DNA of 16,039 nt from Candidatus Helarchaeota archaeon. Lineage in GTDB: Archaea; Asgardarchaeota; Lokiarchaeia; Helarchaeales; RDOG01. A model generated the notes under the pieces. It was given only the letters and a program-made list of their open reading frames with translations. It did no database searches and was not told the DNA's origin. The translations under genes and the position numbers were made by a program. Below, piece after piece: positions 16,022 to 16,039 of the stretch (position 1 is its first letter; the number at the start of each line of letters is the position of its first letter). Location of the stretch: the NCBI GenBank assembly GCA_029838215.1, contig JALGVI010000075.1, positions 1 to 16,039 of the forward strand, read 5' to 3'.

Positions 16022-16039
16022 TCTTTGTCAAGGACTTTT

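Noticed and set aside
1-16039. tRNA/rRNA genes, CRISPR arrays, transposases or terminal inverted repeats
   Set aside because: The intergenic gaps are short and AT-rich, with no cloverleaf, no regularly spaced direct repeats and no transposase-like ORF seen by eye.

Overview
AT-rich archaeal-type DNA, judged from GGTGA/GAGG ribosome-binding sites, TATA-like boxes and archaeal A/V-type ATPase subunits. An Asgard- or TACK-related origin is plausible, but that is inference only. The core of the window (2865-12080, minus strand) is a complete A/V-type rotary ATPase cluster in the non-canonical order F-E-A-B-D-[universal stress protein]-K-I-H(G)-C, with a USP gene tightly embedded after subunit D. 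Several subunits are atypical: a short soluble domain in I, an insertion in E, and substitutions in normally invariant motifs of A. Divergent from the cluster are an orphan Cys-rich protein and a ClC chloride channel/antiporter with a CBS pair. The right end carries a winged-HTH + nucleotidyltransferase pair resembling a type IV toxin-antitoxin (AbiEi/AbiEii-like). The left end has a partial unknown ORF, a VOC-family gene and two adjacent disrupted genes: an M28 membrane peptidase broken by an exact 5-bp tandem duplication, and a SAM methyltransferase with an apparent internal deletion. I saw no RNA genes, CRISPR arrays or transposases.
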